From Utricularia gibba (Eukaryota; Plantae; Magnoliophyta), in the NCBI GenBank assembly GCA_002189035.1, contig NEEC01000014.1, forward strand, positions 2,294,001 to 2,358,000: a stretch of 64,000 nt of DNA. The letters run 5' to 3'. This document shows positions 1 to 12,593 of the stretch, piece after piece. Each line of letters opens with the position of its first letter. The first letter of the stretch is position 1. The translations under genes were made by a program, and so were the position numbers. The notes under the pieces are model-generated. The model made no database searches and had not been told where the DNA came from. It was given only the letters and a program-made list of their open reading frames with translations.

Positions 1-1585
1 TTCATTACCAGATGCAGTTCAAGCAGCAGCAGCTGCTGCAATTGCTGCTGAAAAGGAGAGAGAAAAGATGAAAGAAATTAAATTTTCTTCCAAAAGTAGC
101 ATTCTGGCTAACAAGAAAAAGATGAATAATGTCTTGAGCATGTGGAAACAACGAAGCAATGAGGGACAAGCACCACGTGTTGCTCTTGATGGCAGCTTAT
201 CACATGCGTCAGCTGAAGAGAAATCAAACACAGCATTTTCAAAACCGAAGTCAAAAAGTGAAGGTCTGGTATCGAAGGATATTGTTATCACTTCAGCAGT
301 TTCTTCTAGCCCTACTGCTATAGAACACCGAGGCAACGCAAGAACCTCTACTTTCAATGCAGGGGGAGCCATAAAAGGTGTTATTCGGAGCTCAGGGATG
401 GGGGTTGTGAAGTCGGATACTGCTTATAATGCGGACACGGAGCGTGTAACTGCTTCAGGTGTCACACCTGCAGGATATTCTTCCCAAGTGTCCACAGAAC
501 CTTCCACATCTGTGACACCTTTCAGAACAGATGCGTCAGCATTAGGTTCCTATGCACCATCTTCTGCTGGTGGAACTGGTAGGAGAAGGTTCTCTGAAAT
601 GCCATCTGCTTCTGTTCCAAATAAGGAACAACCTCAAACAGGCTACCGAGATAGAGCTGCTGAGCGAAGAAGTTTATATGGCTCATCACCAGGATTCGGA
701 AATGATGTAGCAAACGCAGGAGTTGGAGATTCAAGTAAGCACCTTTGTTTTTTCATATAAGCTAGTTTATTTATGATCATCCTTCCCACGTGATGGGGCA
801 TAGATTGCTAGATGAATTATCAAGTAAGATAGTCATGTTTTTGGGGTGTTGAAATCGCCATTTGTAGTCTATGTATTGACCTGGTAAATTTGTGTTGGCA
901 TTATGGACCTAAAAGATTGGGAGTCAGCTTATAGAAGAGGTGCTATGGACTCCATGCCTTTCCCGCCTGGTGTTGGTGGTGGGAGAAGTTCTGGAGTTGC
1001 AAATGATGAAGGCTACGATGTGATCACAGCAGACAAGGCTATTGATGAGAGCAACGTAGGCAACCGGATGCTTCGCAACATGGGGTGGCATGAAGGCTCG
1101 GTAATCTCCTTCAACCCTGCACATCCAATAGCATCAAAATTGTTCTATTTGAATATCGAATTTCTACAATGTCTTCAGAATAATGCGCTGGAATTCAAGG
1201 GGTCTCTCCCTTTTATCTTGAAAATTTTTCTAGTTTCTGAGATAACTTGCCTGCATACTCCACCCTCCTTTCATCCTCTTCACAGCGCCCTTATCTCGTG
1301 ATGTATCATTAGACAGAAGGCGGCAACCATTCTTCATTACCTTGTTCTGACATATCTTTGCTGGATGTCTTGCTCTTCCTTTCTTGGTTCATCCAACAGG
1401 GGCTCGGAAAAGATGGGAGCGGTGTTGTTGAGCCGGTAGTGGCCCACGCTTCTGAAACTAGAGCTGGACTTGGGATTCACCAACCGAAGAAAGTGGTGGA
1501 TCCAAGCCTGGAGGTGCAGGCCGGTGATAGCTACAAAGCTGTTATTCAGAAGAAGGCAATTGCCCGGTTCAGAGAAATGTCATAG
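1..1585 (+). CDS. SUA: 3' part of SUPPRESSOR OF ABI3-5-like splicing factor (RBM5/10 family, G-patch); 5' end lies outside the window
   Basis: Frame is open from nt 2 (SLPDAVQAAAAAAIAAEKE...). Contains YRDRAAERRSLYGSS and a split G-patch (IDESNVGNRMLRNMGWHEGS|GLGKDGSG). Exons about 1-734, 916-1100, 1400-1585 with GT-AG junctions; TAG at 1583-1585. Confidence 0.88.
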
Positions 1586-3005
1586 GTGAGTAGTAGATTC
1601 TTCTGTTAAGATTAGCAACTGTTTCTACTGAAAACTCGAGATCCTCGCACCTGTCAAACCTCGATCTGGGATATTATGTCACACATTTTGGCAGCAGACA
1701 CCATGCCCCCCTCCCCCTGCTAAACTTAAACTGCTCTTCTGTTGTGCTTTGCTTATTGATGGATACATTCACAAAATTAAATGCCATTCTTTTCCACTAA
1801 ATGGTCTCTCATTACATGCCCGAGTACCTGAAGTCTGTCTATAGGTAGCAGACACATGTGAATGACTTCATCTCTCTCTTATCCAGCCAACTCAAGCTAG
1901 CTATGTATGCCTGTTCGAGTCCCTCCGGGAAGTGATCTCGCCTGCCCGTGGACCACCTCAATGCATCTGAAAGCTTATAACAGATGGCATTGGATGAAAT
2001 CACCAGTGGCAGTGAGGGCTGGAACAACTCATCCAGCACCTTTCCATGCCCTCTATTTAGTAAACAACGTGTTGTTATCATGAAACATGGGATTGCAACT
2101 TGATGGGTTGCAAACAATTGTTCTTCATTGGGGCTGGATGAATCAAACAACAAAGAGAGGGCCAACGAATAGGAACAGAGTATCAAACTCAGTTACTTGG
2201 TGGATGTGTGGCAATGAGAAGCATCATTAACACCACCAACAAGTGGTGAGTAGGGTGTGTGAGTGAAGAGGATGGCCACAGGGAAGCAAATAAAGGAGAT
2301 TGAGGATGGTGAGTTATGAGGTGAAAATGGGATTTCCATATTCAAATTTCGCTCTGCCCCCCAAGCAAGAAGCCAAAAAACACAGTTGGATTCACTGAAA
2401 ACCTCACATGAAAGGCTGCTGGCTTCCTGCTCTTAGCTCATGACAGGACAGAGAATTAAAGCTATTCATAAATAAGAATTGTACTGAACAAGGCCTGGTC
2501 TCTGAATTCTAGCTATTTGGGGCCAGTTTCGCACGTGATTACACAACGGTAATACATAAAAAAACTTTCATAAGAAACAGACCCTGTGTAAAAAGCAGGT
2601 GCAGAAGAGGTAAACTTCATACGTATCATGGTTGTCTATAAATGTTAATCCTCCATTAACACCTGCCTAACTACTTCAAAAGCAGCATACAGAGAGGGAG
2701 GGAGCAGTTGGCTAAGCACAATCACCAACTCTATAATAATGAAGCATGCAGATGAGCAAGGGGGCATGCAGTTCTGAAAGATGCATGTCTCTACATTGAA
2801 GGCGAATCACCATTTTTTTAGATAAATAAAGCATTCCACACCTGGTGGTATTAAAAGCCAGAAAACTCATGTACAGAGACAGCTAAGCAAGTTTTTTTTC
2901 CCTCTAGTTATTTTATGCACAACCAAAAGAGTGAAACACATAAAGCAGGGAAGGCAGGGCATTTACATCCTACACTCTTGTTTCCCAGGGAGGCTGGCTG
3001 TGGGG

Positions 3006-3428
3006 ATGGATCCCTCCAAAGGTGTTGAAGAATGCAACAGCAGTGAATCCGGCTGGACGGCGTATATTGATTCTCCAACGCAAGAGGATGATCACACGAG
3101 CAGTGAAGAAGGCAGGGAGTGCAGTGTAAGTGTACGAGGGTGCAAGAAATATGCTGAAGAAGAAGATCTGGAAGAAGTGGAAAGCGATGATTCAATGGCT
3201 TCTGATGCATCATCTGGTCCAAGTCATGCAGGGAGTAGAGATGGAAGGAAGCAGAATCAGCAAGAAAAGAAGAACAAACATCATATGCAGATAAAGGCAG
3301 AAAAAGATAAGTCGGCAACACACAGGGAAAATGCTGCTGGAAGGTCCAACCAAATACAACAACAGCCATCACTTTCCTGGACAAAGAATGTGCAGTTACC
3401 AAGTGAGAGAATTCAAGAACGCAGGTAG
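3006..3428 (+). CDS. SOB FIVE-LIKE (SOFL) family protein
   Basis: Single exon from the ATG at 3006 (MDPSK). Has both SOFL motifs: CNSSESGWTAYI and DDSMASDASSGP. Confidence 0.8.
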   Translation: MDPSKGVEECNSSESGWTAYIDSPTQEDDHTSSEEGRECSVSVRGCKKYAEEEDLEEVESDDSMASDASSGPSHAGSRDGRKQNQQEKKNKHHMQIKAEKDKSATHRENAAGRSNQIQQQPSLSWTKNVQLPSERIQERR

Positions 3429-4735
3429 ACAATTTTGTAGCTTTTTTTTTTCTCCACGCCCAATCAATTCTACACATTAAAAAGAAAAAAAAAATATCAA
3501 TCGGCAGCGTGAGCAACATGTGCAGGTTTTGTGGCCAAATGCACTTGTACAACTAAGTTCTTCTAGATTTCATTGAGTTCCCAAGGAACGTTTCTTGTGT
3601 GGAAGTTTCCTATGCACTCTTGTCTTTCTGTGCAAAAATCTCTACTTCCAGGAATATGGGATTCAAACCACTCATGTTCTATCCAAATTCTACAAAGATG
3701 AGCATAAGTTCAATGAAACCTCTGTTGAGAACGATCCCCTTCATCATATCTTCAACAAGGTATGAAAGAAGCACGTGAGTTACAGAGATTTTAAACTATT
3801 TCTCATTCAAAGGAAGCTATGCAGGAACGGGAGGTAGGTTAAGTAAAGCATCACAACTTTTGCGGAAAAAAATAAGTAAAACATCACAATCTAATCTAGG
3901 GGACATCAGATATTCCCATACTAGGCTTCACAATTTTTTATTTGAATGTGATTCTAAAATTTCATTTCTAGTTACAAAAAGAGAGAGAGAACATAAGAGA
4001 ATTGAATCCAAAATCTAAAATAAGCGATACAACATGCCACATGGTTTGAATTAAGCATAAACCCAAGAATAACATTGGAATTTGTGAGATGAGGAATCAC
4101 ATCAAGAGCACAAACCAAAGCAAACCCTACACACAGACGGGGACTGTTCATCTATCGTCCCCCACCACGAGTTTGCTCCGCATTTCCCAGTTCAAGAAGC
4201 GACAAACTTCACAAGAAAACAAAACCCATTTGGTAAAATTCTAAAATCTAGCAAAGCTTAGAACTTTTCCAGTTTTTCTCTGGGCAGCCAAACGTGATCC
4301 TTGAAGAAACCATGTTGCAAACAACTAAAAAACAAAGGAAAACTGAATTCACTGCTGCGTTATTCTTTTTTACATCTAACAAGGATCACAAAGATTTAAA
4401 ATTTACCGACATTACGTCGGTGCTGAGTGGATAGGACCCCCTCCTGCCCATTTTCCTTATCCATTGCCAACGTTTCCTTCTTATATTTAATAATTAATGG
4501 GTTTTGTACGTCGGAACTGGGCACAGCCATGAAATTATTTTACTTTCGTTTGTCTTGGAGTAGAAGACTTTTAGGTGTGAACCTGTGAATTAACTGGCGG
4601 AGCTGCAGCATCCACAAAGATCAAAACAAGCCCGTGCCTGTTGTAAAAGTGTAGTATGTTAACTTAAGCATGAAATGAAGAAAGACATTGTCGTATACTT
4701 CCATGTTGAACACGTATGGGGGTGCAGGGGAAAGA

Positions 4736-5911
4736 CTAGAATCTACAGCAGAAGACGCTGGATCTTCGACCTTTGTGTTTCCTGGAATTAGCTTTAGCCA
4801 TTTTGACAGGACTGTGGTTCCATTCAGATGATAATCTGCAAAAATGATTCGTATTGTTAGTAATGCTGATCTATTCTACAGATTAATGTAACAGCAGCAT
4901 AAGGAAGAATTACATAGGAAAAGCAAAGGATCTGCTGCTTATACTGCCATCCGAGCGCATAGAAACACTTCCCGGATGCATGATGGTCTCAGTGTATGAG
5001 ATCAGCATCGCTTTAGAGAAGCTCGTCTCTCCTGCATCATCTCTGTGGATTGAAACTGAATCATGGTACGAGGGTGCTTGATCATCAGTGTTCCTGCTGC
5101 CAGAACTTCCCTGAACATCTTCTATCGATGTGGCGTTCATCGAGGGGATGTGCTAAAGAAGAAATGCAACCTTGATGAACATGATGAAGGTAACATAATT
5201 TGAAAGAACAAGAAAGTCCCATACACGAACCTTGCTGCTAAGCTTGGAATCTCCCTGGCTCTGACTAACCAATGGATCATCCTCTGGGACATGAGACACA
5301 TTCTTCGCAACCGGCTCAGAGCTTGAATCGACTTTATCAACTGCATCCGGAAAATGCAACTGAAGTGGAGCATGGCCAGAGGAGCTAAGTGATTGAGATT
5401 TAGATCTTTCTCGATCATCAGCATTAGGCTCTACTGAAATATCCACAGCCAATCCTTCTTCAATGCTATCTGTTTCAGAAGGATGAGAAATTGAGGACAC
5501 GCTACACTGATCACTCTCACAACCTTCAGTCAAAACTTTGTCCTCCAGGCAGTTTACAACCCTGTTGTTGGCCATAGAGTCATCGTCTGCATTTACATCA
5601 GTAGAAATTTTGCATTCTTTTGGACTGTGATCTGTGAAATCTTCGGAGGCAATAACATCCCCTGCACAACACCGAACTTCCCTTTCCTTTCCACCTAACT
5701 TGGCATCCTTCTCCAAGCTTGGCTCATGCAAGAGGGTCCAACCTGAGGCCTCTCCACTTTCTACCCCGGTAAATGCAGGAAACATCCTTCTCTTGTTTTC
5801 ATCACTTAACAAAGATGTCGAATGCATCAGGAATCCTAGAGATAGAAGTGTACCTGGAAAATATTGAGCAGTATCAGGAATCCGTAGCGGTGGAGAGGCC
5901 TGGGTAAGCAT
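4736..5911 (-). CDS. Uncharacterised BASL-like / 'gar2-related' plant protein
   Basis: Exons 5911-5231, 5152-4914, 4835-4736. Spliced C-terminus RSDGSISSRSFAFP|ILSSEWNHSPVKMAKA...SVFCCRF* matches the SFAFP-x-EW-x-SPxKM motif of this family. Start codon uncertain. Confidence 0.7.
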
Positions 5912-7106
5912 CGTGGGAATGCTTCTATATGAAGTAAAAGTTCAGGGTCTAATCAAAAGAGAATCATACAGGTTCACGAAAAGCATAAATGCCTGAAGTT
6001 GAAGTTTGTGTATTGTAAGTTTAATAGAATCATTCTCAAGGAGAATCAGGAATGCACAACAAGAAGAGCTGCAACGAAGATCACCAAAAAGGAAATTACG
6101 AAATTATTCTTGCCAACATTTCTTCAAAAAAGGGACTTCATCAGCGGAAGAATCTTCCCTTTATCAAAGCTAGATCTTTACCCATTTATTCCCCTCGATC
6201 ATGTGACCTTAGCCTATCTTTCACGTTCAAGCATACACCCACACACCCATTTACATTGCAATTTGACATTTAAAGGAAGAACCTTTTCCCCTAAAACAAT
6301 GCGCATGCAGAACTTCAGCACAATACAAGATGCGATATCTACTGAGCCAAAAAATAACCAATAAATTACAATAACCACATTACATCGATTCAACAAACCA
6401 TCAGGGTTCAGCTGTTTTATGCGTCAGAAAACTGCGAGGATCTCTCCTTGATGTTCATAACTACACTCCACCCAACAAACTAGAAACCCACAAAATTTTA
6501 GTAAAGAAAAGACGAAACCCAGGATCGAAGAAGAAAGATTGGTAGCTAGCCAATGAGTTACGCTGCACGCCTATGGTGATCCCTCCTTCGATACAGATAC
6601 GGTACGACTCTCTCTTAAATGCAGTGCCTGCCCGAGGCCTTCCCCATCACAGTTCCGGTAAAGACTTTAGGCAGAGTAGCTTTCGTTGCATTCAGTGGTA
6701 ATGCCAACTAGACATTTTTATTTTGAATCTCCTATCTTCACGCACAAAAAAATGACAAGAGGCAACAGAACAATGAGGTTGACAAGAGGACTACGCTCCA
6801 ACTGCATAATTGAGACAAGAGGGATGAACCTTGTTGGGCGATTTGTCGTCACACGAGCTATCATTCAAGCAACGTTTTTTATATCATTTTTTTTGAAACC
6901 GATTCTGATTTTCATCTTTGTTCGTAAAGAACAAACTCTGCTAATGATTAGCAGCACAACTTGCTGACAACGGTCTTAGGCATCACCTTCTTCCAAGGTC
7001 TTCTTTCTGAAAGCTTCGAAAATGGAAGTCAAACTTTAAGAAAGCAGGGTCAAATGCTTAAACTGTTTCCTTTGTTTCATAAACTACAAGGATCCACAAA
7101 GTTTCT

Positions 7107-8226
7107 TCATCCCACATCAGAAAAGCACGAGTCTTTGATCTTGGCCGCAGCTGCTGAATCGAGAAACCAGACCAATTCACCATTGATTGGCCTCACCATA
7201 CTTGCCGGAAGCCCCGGAACACTATCATCAACAACAAGTTCCACTGCCTCCGCCTTGCTACCACCGGTAACGACGACTGCGACGTTAGCGGCAGAGTTAA
7301 TGACAGGCAATGTGAAGGTTATTCTCTCTGGTGGGGGCTTGGGCGAATCTGTGATAAAAGTCACCCATTCATCTTCCTCGTGGATAGCACGATGGTTGGG
7401 AAACAGGGAGGCCACATGCCCATCAGGTCCCATGCCGAGGAGAATGAGGTCGAACTTGGGACAATCAATTGATTCAGAGACGCTGATCAAGCGAGTCTTG
7501 ACAAGCTGCCTGATCACAAACTCATAGTCCTCGGCAGCCTGCTCCGCCGTCAACGAGTCGTTTATAGAATGTACATGGCTGTGGATGATTGGAACCTGAA
7601 AAGAATATGGATACACGGAATGGTGAGAAGATACAACATTTACTTCGAGAGCTTGTTCTACTAATTGACATATGAAAGCGCAAATTTTGATCAAACACAA
7701 TGCCCTGAACCTGATTCCAGCAGCACAATAAAACTCAAGAGGCTGTTGAAACTAGTTGTATAAGTCCCAAAACACTTCACAAGTTCACAGAAGAGTATGT
7801 TACTCCAAAATCATCATATGGGAAAAAGAAACCTTAGGCAAAAAGTGATCCTTGGCAAGCCTATAGTTACTATCAGGATGGCTTTTGGAAACAACACGCT
7901 CATCAACCCAGAATATGTGCCATTTTCCCCAATCAACAGTTTTGTTGTATGGAGCTTCACACAGCTTTCTGCGGAAAGAAAAAACCACGAGTTCAATCAA
8001 TTAAGTAAAGATTGCCACAAAAGTGGAAGAAAAAACAGATATGCAGCCCCCACCCTAGTAGAGATATGAGAGAACCACCAGACAAAGCAATCGCAAAAGC
8101 TCCGTGATCCTTTACCGAAGTCTCAGATAGCTCTGCAATGTACTCTGCTAAGCTGCTGCTCAGTTCGTCAACGGTCTCATAAACTCTCAAGGCCCTTCCA
8201 TTCTTAAGGACACCAGTAAACGCCAT
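7107..8226 (-). CDS. PGL: 6-phosphogluconolactonase (cytosolic type)
   Basis: Three coding exons with [21 protein letters not shown]...[25 protein letters not shown] and [17 protein letters not shown]. No transit peptide seen. Confidence 0.93.
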
Positions 8227-9438
8227 GCTTTGAACTAAAAAAACAAAACTACCTGCATCATGCCGATGAGTTCAGGCGGCATGAAGTTCGAAAAATCTTA
8301 TTTGAAAAGATGCCGAGTGTTATCCCTCAAGAACAGATAGAGGAAACGCATGCCATGAATGAATCCAGAATTCTCGTCAGCAAAGGGAACAACTTTTTCT
8401 ACTACCATCAAACAGGCCCCAACACCCTCAAATTAGGGATACAGATTCAGAGCAAATAAGACATGAGGATAAAAAAAAAAAAAGCAACAATTTTTGTAGA
8501 GAAACCGACACGAAGGAACTACAACCGGCTTATTCTCCATGTAAACATAACAAAAAAAGGAGCAATCCCGCACCGAAATCCCACAGTAGCACACTAAAAA
8601 AACTCAGATTCTCATAGACCCATCAAAGAAACACACAGAAAAAATGCATTCTTTAGATCAAGCGAAAAAGGAAGCCAGGCCTCACCACAGAAAGAAATCA
8701 AAGAAAGGCTTCAGTAGAGAAGCAAAAGAAAATAAAGCGAGACAGAAGAAAATTTCCGATGGGCATCGGCCTCCATTGTTTTATAAACACGCCATGGGGC
8801 TCCCCCACACATGCCGCTCAAATTCACTGCTGGATAAAGACAAGGGAGGTCTCCTATTTCCCCGCAATCTACCTGATGGCTACCCATGAGAATCCAACAA
8901 CCAACACGCAAGAAAAATTTACCCACAACAAACGTGTCTGAAAGCTGTTGTTACAAGTGAAGCCCGAAGGCACCAGAGTTGTTTTTCTTTCTTATCTGGT
9001 TACTGCTTCCCTTGAAAGCAGGTGTAAAGAGGATAAGTTGCCATAAAACTCGTTAGGAATCGCATTATCCAAACTGGGTTCAGATAAAAGTGGAATTTTG
9101 TGAGAGCCTCTTTCTTTTGAAAACCATCCATCCGTGGGAAGAGGCAACAAACATGGATAGTTGTAACAGGGCAAGGTAATTTCTTATGTAACGCGCTGCT
9201 TACCTGCGGCTGAGGAACCTCCTACTCTGCCTCTGGGGATACCATCAACACATGAAGATGACACTAAATCCAATTATAAGTGCGGTTTTACTAATAGATA
9301 CTTGATTAAAACACAATCATCGCAACGTAGAAGAATAAATTTGAGTATTCGCTTTTTGTAGCACCTATTCTTATTTACCAGTATTTAATTTGGATTTGTC
9401 ACCTTTAAAAAAATAGGAAAGACAAAGTTGCCTGCCAC

Positions 9439-9510
9439 AGGGCCCTACCGGATTCGAACCGGTGACCCTTTGATCTGCAGTCAAACGCTCTACCACTGAG
9501 CTAAGGACCC
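9439..9510 (-). tRNA. trnC-GCA: tRNA-Cys (anticodon GCA)
   Basis: Minus strand GGGTCCTTAGCTCAGTGGTAGAGCGTTTGACTGCAGATCAAAGGGTCACCGGTTCGAATCCGGTAGGGCCCT, 72 nt. Has a 7-bp acceptor stem, A box, GGTTCGAATCC B box, GCA anticodon loop and U discriminator, with a T-run terminator about 25 nt downstream. Confidence 0.97.
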
Positions 9511-10442
9511 ATTCCTGAGATGTTTTATTTATTTATTTTTATATTTAAATTGGTTTTGAGAGCATTAAAATTCAGGAAATTGAAGTTGTAAAATAGTAAA
9601 TAAAATGTAAGACGGCAAGTTGTATTATTGTATGAAGGCTAGGGTCAAGAACCGAAAAGGACAGGAAGCGCATCAATTCACCATTTGGTCCAATCTGTAC
9701 GGTTCCATGTCGGCTGGTCATTGAATGCTTCCAGCCCCCGCATTCAATCACCACTTCTTCTTCACCTCCCTTTTTTTCCCTTTTTTTTTTGTGCTATTTC
9801 AGTGAAATAAAACTAGGCATCTTTGATCGGTGTCTCCTTCTCCACTGTAGTTGCTTTGAACTTGGTTTAAGATTCTTCCAGTGTTTAATTTCCATCGCTC
9901 GTGGGAGCCGCGATACACCCCCGATTTGGACATTTATAGCGGATGCTTCCATTGCTTGCTTGCGATGGTCGATAGCGTGATGGTGCAACCATCTTCTGGA
10001 TGATGGGCATTGTCTGGTTTCGAGTGTCGATTTCGGTTATGGAATGTGTGCGTTGTGGGGAATAAAGATGGAGCTGGATTCCTTTAAAGAGGGGAGGCGA
10101 GGCGAGGCTGGCCGCATGAAATGTAAATGTAAGCCATTATGGAAAAGGCAGCCACCCCAACGATGCTGTGGATGAGCTGAGCTACTGCGGATTGGGAATG
10201 GGAATGGTAGAGTCTCCTCTGCTTCTGCTTGCCTTTGAAGACCAAATCAGATAGGGTTAGGGTCTTTCATTGGGTTCACAGCAAACAGGACACGACGTTG
10301 CTGATCATCCATTGCGCTGGTTTCCAGTTTTCCTCGCTAGTGAAGCTTGGTTGGAAGAGAAATCTTGATACCCTTTACCATCCCCATTCCAAATTCACAT
10401 AGAATGTTACACAATGCTATGAATTCCTTCACATCAAACTAA

Positions 10443-10826
10443 GGGTTTTGTTTAAAACAATTTAGAATCATTCCTATTATCAAATACCAATGGTTTTTAT
10501 TACTTAGTTTTAAGTATTTGCAAATCCCAATTTCTATTTTATTAAAATTAATTCTTTGAAGTTACTTCTAGATGGATAAATAAAACCCTAAAGTATTATT
10601 CTGAAAATTTTTTGAAATTTATTTTTATTTTTCAAAAATTAAAAATAATTTTGTTTTAAAATACTGTCAATTATAAAACTAATTCTACTAAAAATACATC
10701 TAAAATTATACTACAAAAATTGTTTTTGAAAAAATAAGAAGCTGATTACTTTTAATTCTTATTTTTATTTTTTAAAAATAATTTCGAAAAGTAAAAATAA
10801 TTTTCAAAAATTTTCCAAAACACTCC
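10443..10826. mobile_element. Possible degenerate Tourist-like (PIF/Harbinger) MITE
   Basis: Very AT-rich block of about 385 bp, bounded by TAA-GGGTTTTGTTT on the left and CCAAAACACTCC-TTA on the right. The imperfect inverted termini resemble the GGGTGTGTTTGG class. Confidence 0.4.
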
Positions 10827-11515
10827 TTAAAACTATATCACTAATGTGCAAAACCTTGATAAGTGTAGCAACCCGACAACCTGGTCGAAAATAACCAAAC
10901 TCAAATCTTAGGACTTGGGCTATCTGTGTATTGATAAGTGTCACAGAATGCATCTAATTGGAACCAAGTTTTCCATCCCTAAAACCGATAAACTGAATTT
11001 GCAAACAAGCTCAAGGTGACTCATTTCATAGAAGAGAAAGAAAAAGGATCCATTTTGGGCAGGATATTGTGACAATGCAACATCAACTCGTGACCTAGTT
11101 ACTAGTAATAAACAGAACCTAGCAGGAGCATTAGTAGGAACATGTACAAATCTTACTGATTGCAACCCTAGATGATTGCTGAGAAAGAAAAAACAAGGGT
11201 AAGAAGGTAGACTAATCATTTACAGCTAAATTGAATGAGCAGAGGGCGTGATAATAATTAGGGTTTTGATGAAGAACGCGTACGGTTGAATTATAATTGC
11301 TGAATACATGAAAAACAGATAGGCATTCAGAGCTCCCAACTCATAGCTTAAATAATTTACACACACCTGAAAATCACAGAGGTAACTAGAAATTTCAGCA
11401 GTCTTCTTCTTGCATCAATCAGTTGCAGGTCTTCTAGATCAAGGCCCAGGCGAGTGAGTAAACGGCAGTAGTGGTGGTTCTGGGCAGTTAAATTTGGTCA
11501 GTTACGGTGCAGTTA

Positions 11516-12593
11516 CTAGACCCTCCTCTTTCATGGCTGAGGTAATCCCAGCTTGTAAGAAACCCCAGGAAGCTAGTGTTGGGGTCTATGAATGAATCCG
11601 AGGTGAAATGATGAGGGCAAGATGATGAACTCGGGATTCCGAGGAGTTTTTCGAGGGTTCCGGAGTCAGGAGGCTGTTGTTCGTAATCGACTCCGTAGGA
11701 TAAAATCCTTGCTTGATCTGTATAAGCTGGATCTTGATCTGGTGGGGTGGAGCTTCAAAAGGAGGGTTGGCTGAAAACCCTAATTTCTGAAGGTGATGAT
11801 CGTTTTCAGTTGGTGCGGATTCAGGTATCTGGGGTGTGAATCTGGTCATCTGCTTCTCTTTGGTTCGGCATCTTGCTCGTGCGCGTGCCTTATCCCTAGA
11901 TTCTCGAAGGTTAGGTTTGGAGTGCAGCTTTTCCGAGTGTTTCTCCTCTTTCTCCACATCTTTAAATGCATCTTTGTTGGAGCCTTCTTCGATCCCGGAA
12001 ATGACTTCATCGCACTCCGACACGAATGACTCGCTCTTCGCATCGCTATCGGAAACATTAGAGTTCACCGGAGGGTGATTCTCGGTAAGCTCCCTGATGG
12101 CCTTCTTGGACTTGGTGAACAGCCACTCTATCGTCTTGCTCGCTTTATCGTATCCAAGCATATCTTGGAGATCAAAGAACTTGCGAGCTGCTTGGAGGGA
12201 CAACCTCATCCTCCGATCTCGAATCCCTTGTGCCGTACATATCTTGCTATGCCGGTCCTTTTTTCCGGCTCGCCGTCTCGGAGCAAGAACACCCATATTC
12301 CGTCTCCTCACAGGCGGATCCACCTTCTTCTCCACCTTGGGGTCCAAAAGCTTGCCTTTTGCCTTCACCTCCACATGAGATTTGTCACTTTGATCAACCC
12401 CAAGATAGGGATTTCCCGGGATCGCCTGATTCTGATACAGAATCCGATGACCCATCGACAGCTCCTGCTCCTGCGGTGCCGCAAAATGAAACAAGAGCTG
12501 AAGTTGCTCCTCCCCGGAATTAGGGTTTTGCCGGGTGGGAGGAGGTCTCAACCATGGCTCCAAAAGACCAGCTTCAACTGATGGAGGATACAT
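11516..12593 (-). CDS. TCP12: CYC/TB1-class TCP transcription factor, CYC3 (TCP12/BRC2-like) subclade; apparent 1-nt frameshift near 11744-11747
   Basis: TCP domain [56 protein letters not shown]-like SECDEVIS and R domain [17 protein letters not shown]. Likely start ATG at 12593 (MYPPS). As written the ORF stops at 11586; a family-like tail (EKLLGI...FLGFLTSWD) is in another frame ending at TAG 11516. Confidence 0.85.

Noticed and set aside
1839-2186. 115-aa minus-strand ORF
   Set aside because: No ATG start, no recognisable motif and no convincing splice context.
6961-7527. Long antisense ORFs over PGL, and similarly over CPL3 (58513-59028), HD-Zip (61777-62136) and GT17
   Set aside because: These are shadow ORFs on the opposite strand of well-supported genes.
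9608-9650. miR169-like or tasiR-ARF-like fragments (GGCAAGTTG; TTCTTGACC on the minus strand)
   Set aside because: Only 8-9 nt match, with wrong spacing and no hairpin or miR390 site.
9789-10330. CLE, DVL or IDA small-peptide gene near the TCP gene
   Set aside because: No RxVPxGPNPLH, RLYIxRRC or PPSAPS motif was found in the frames examined.
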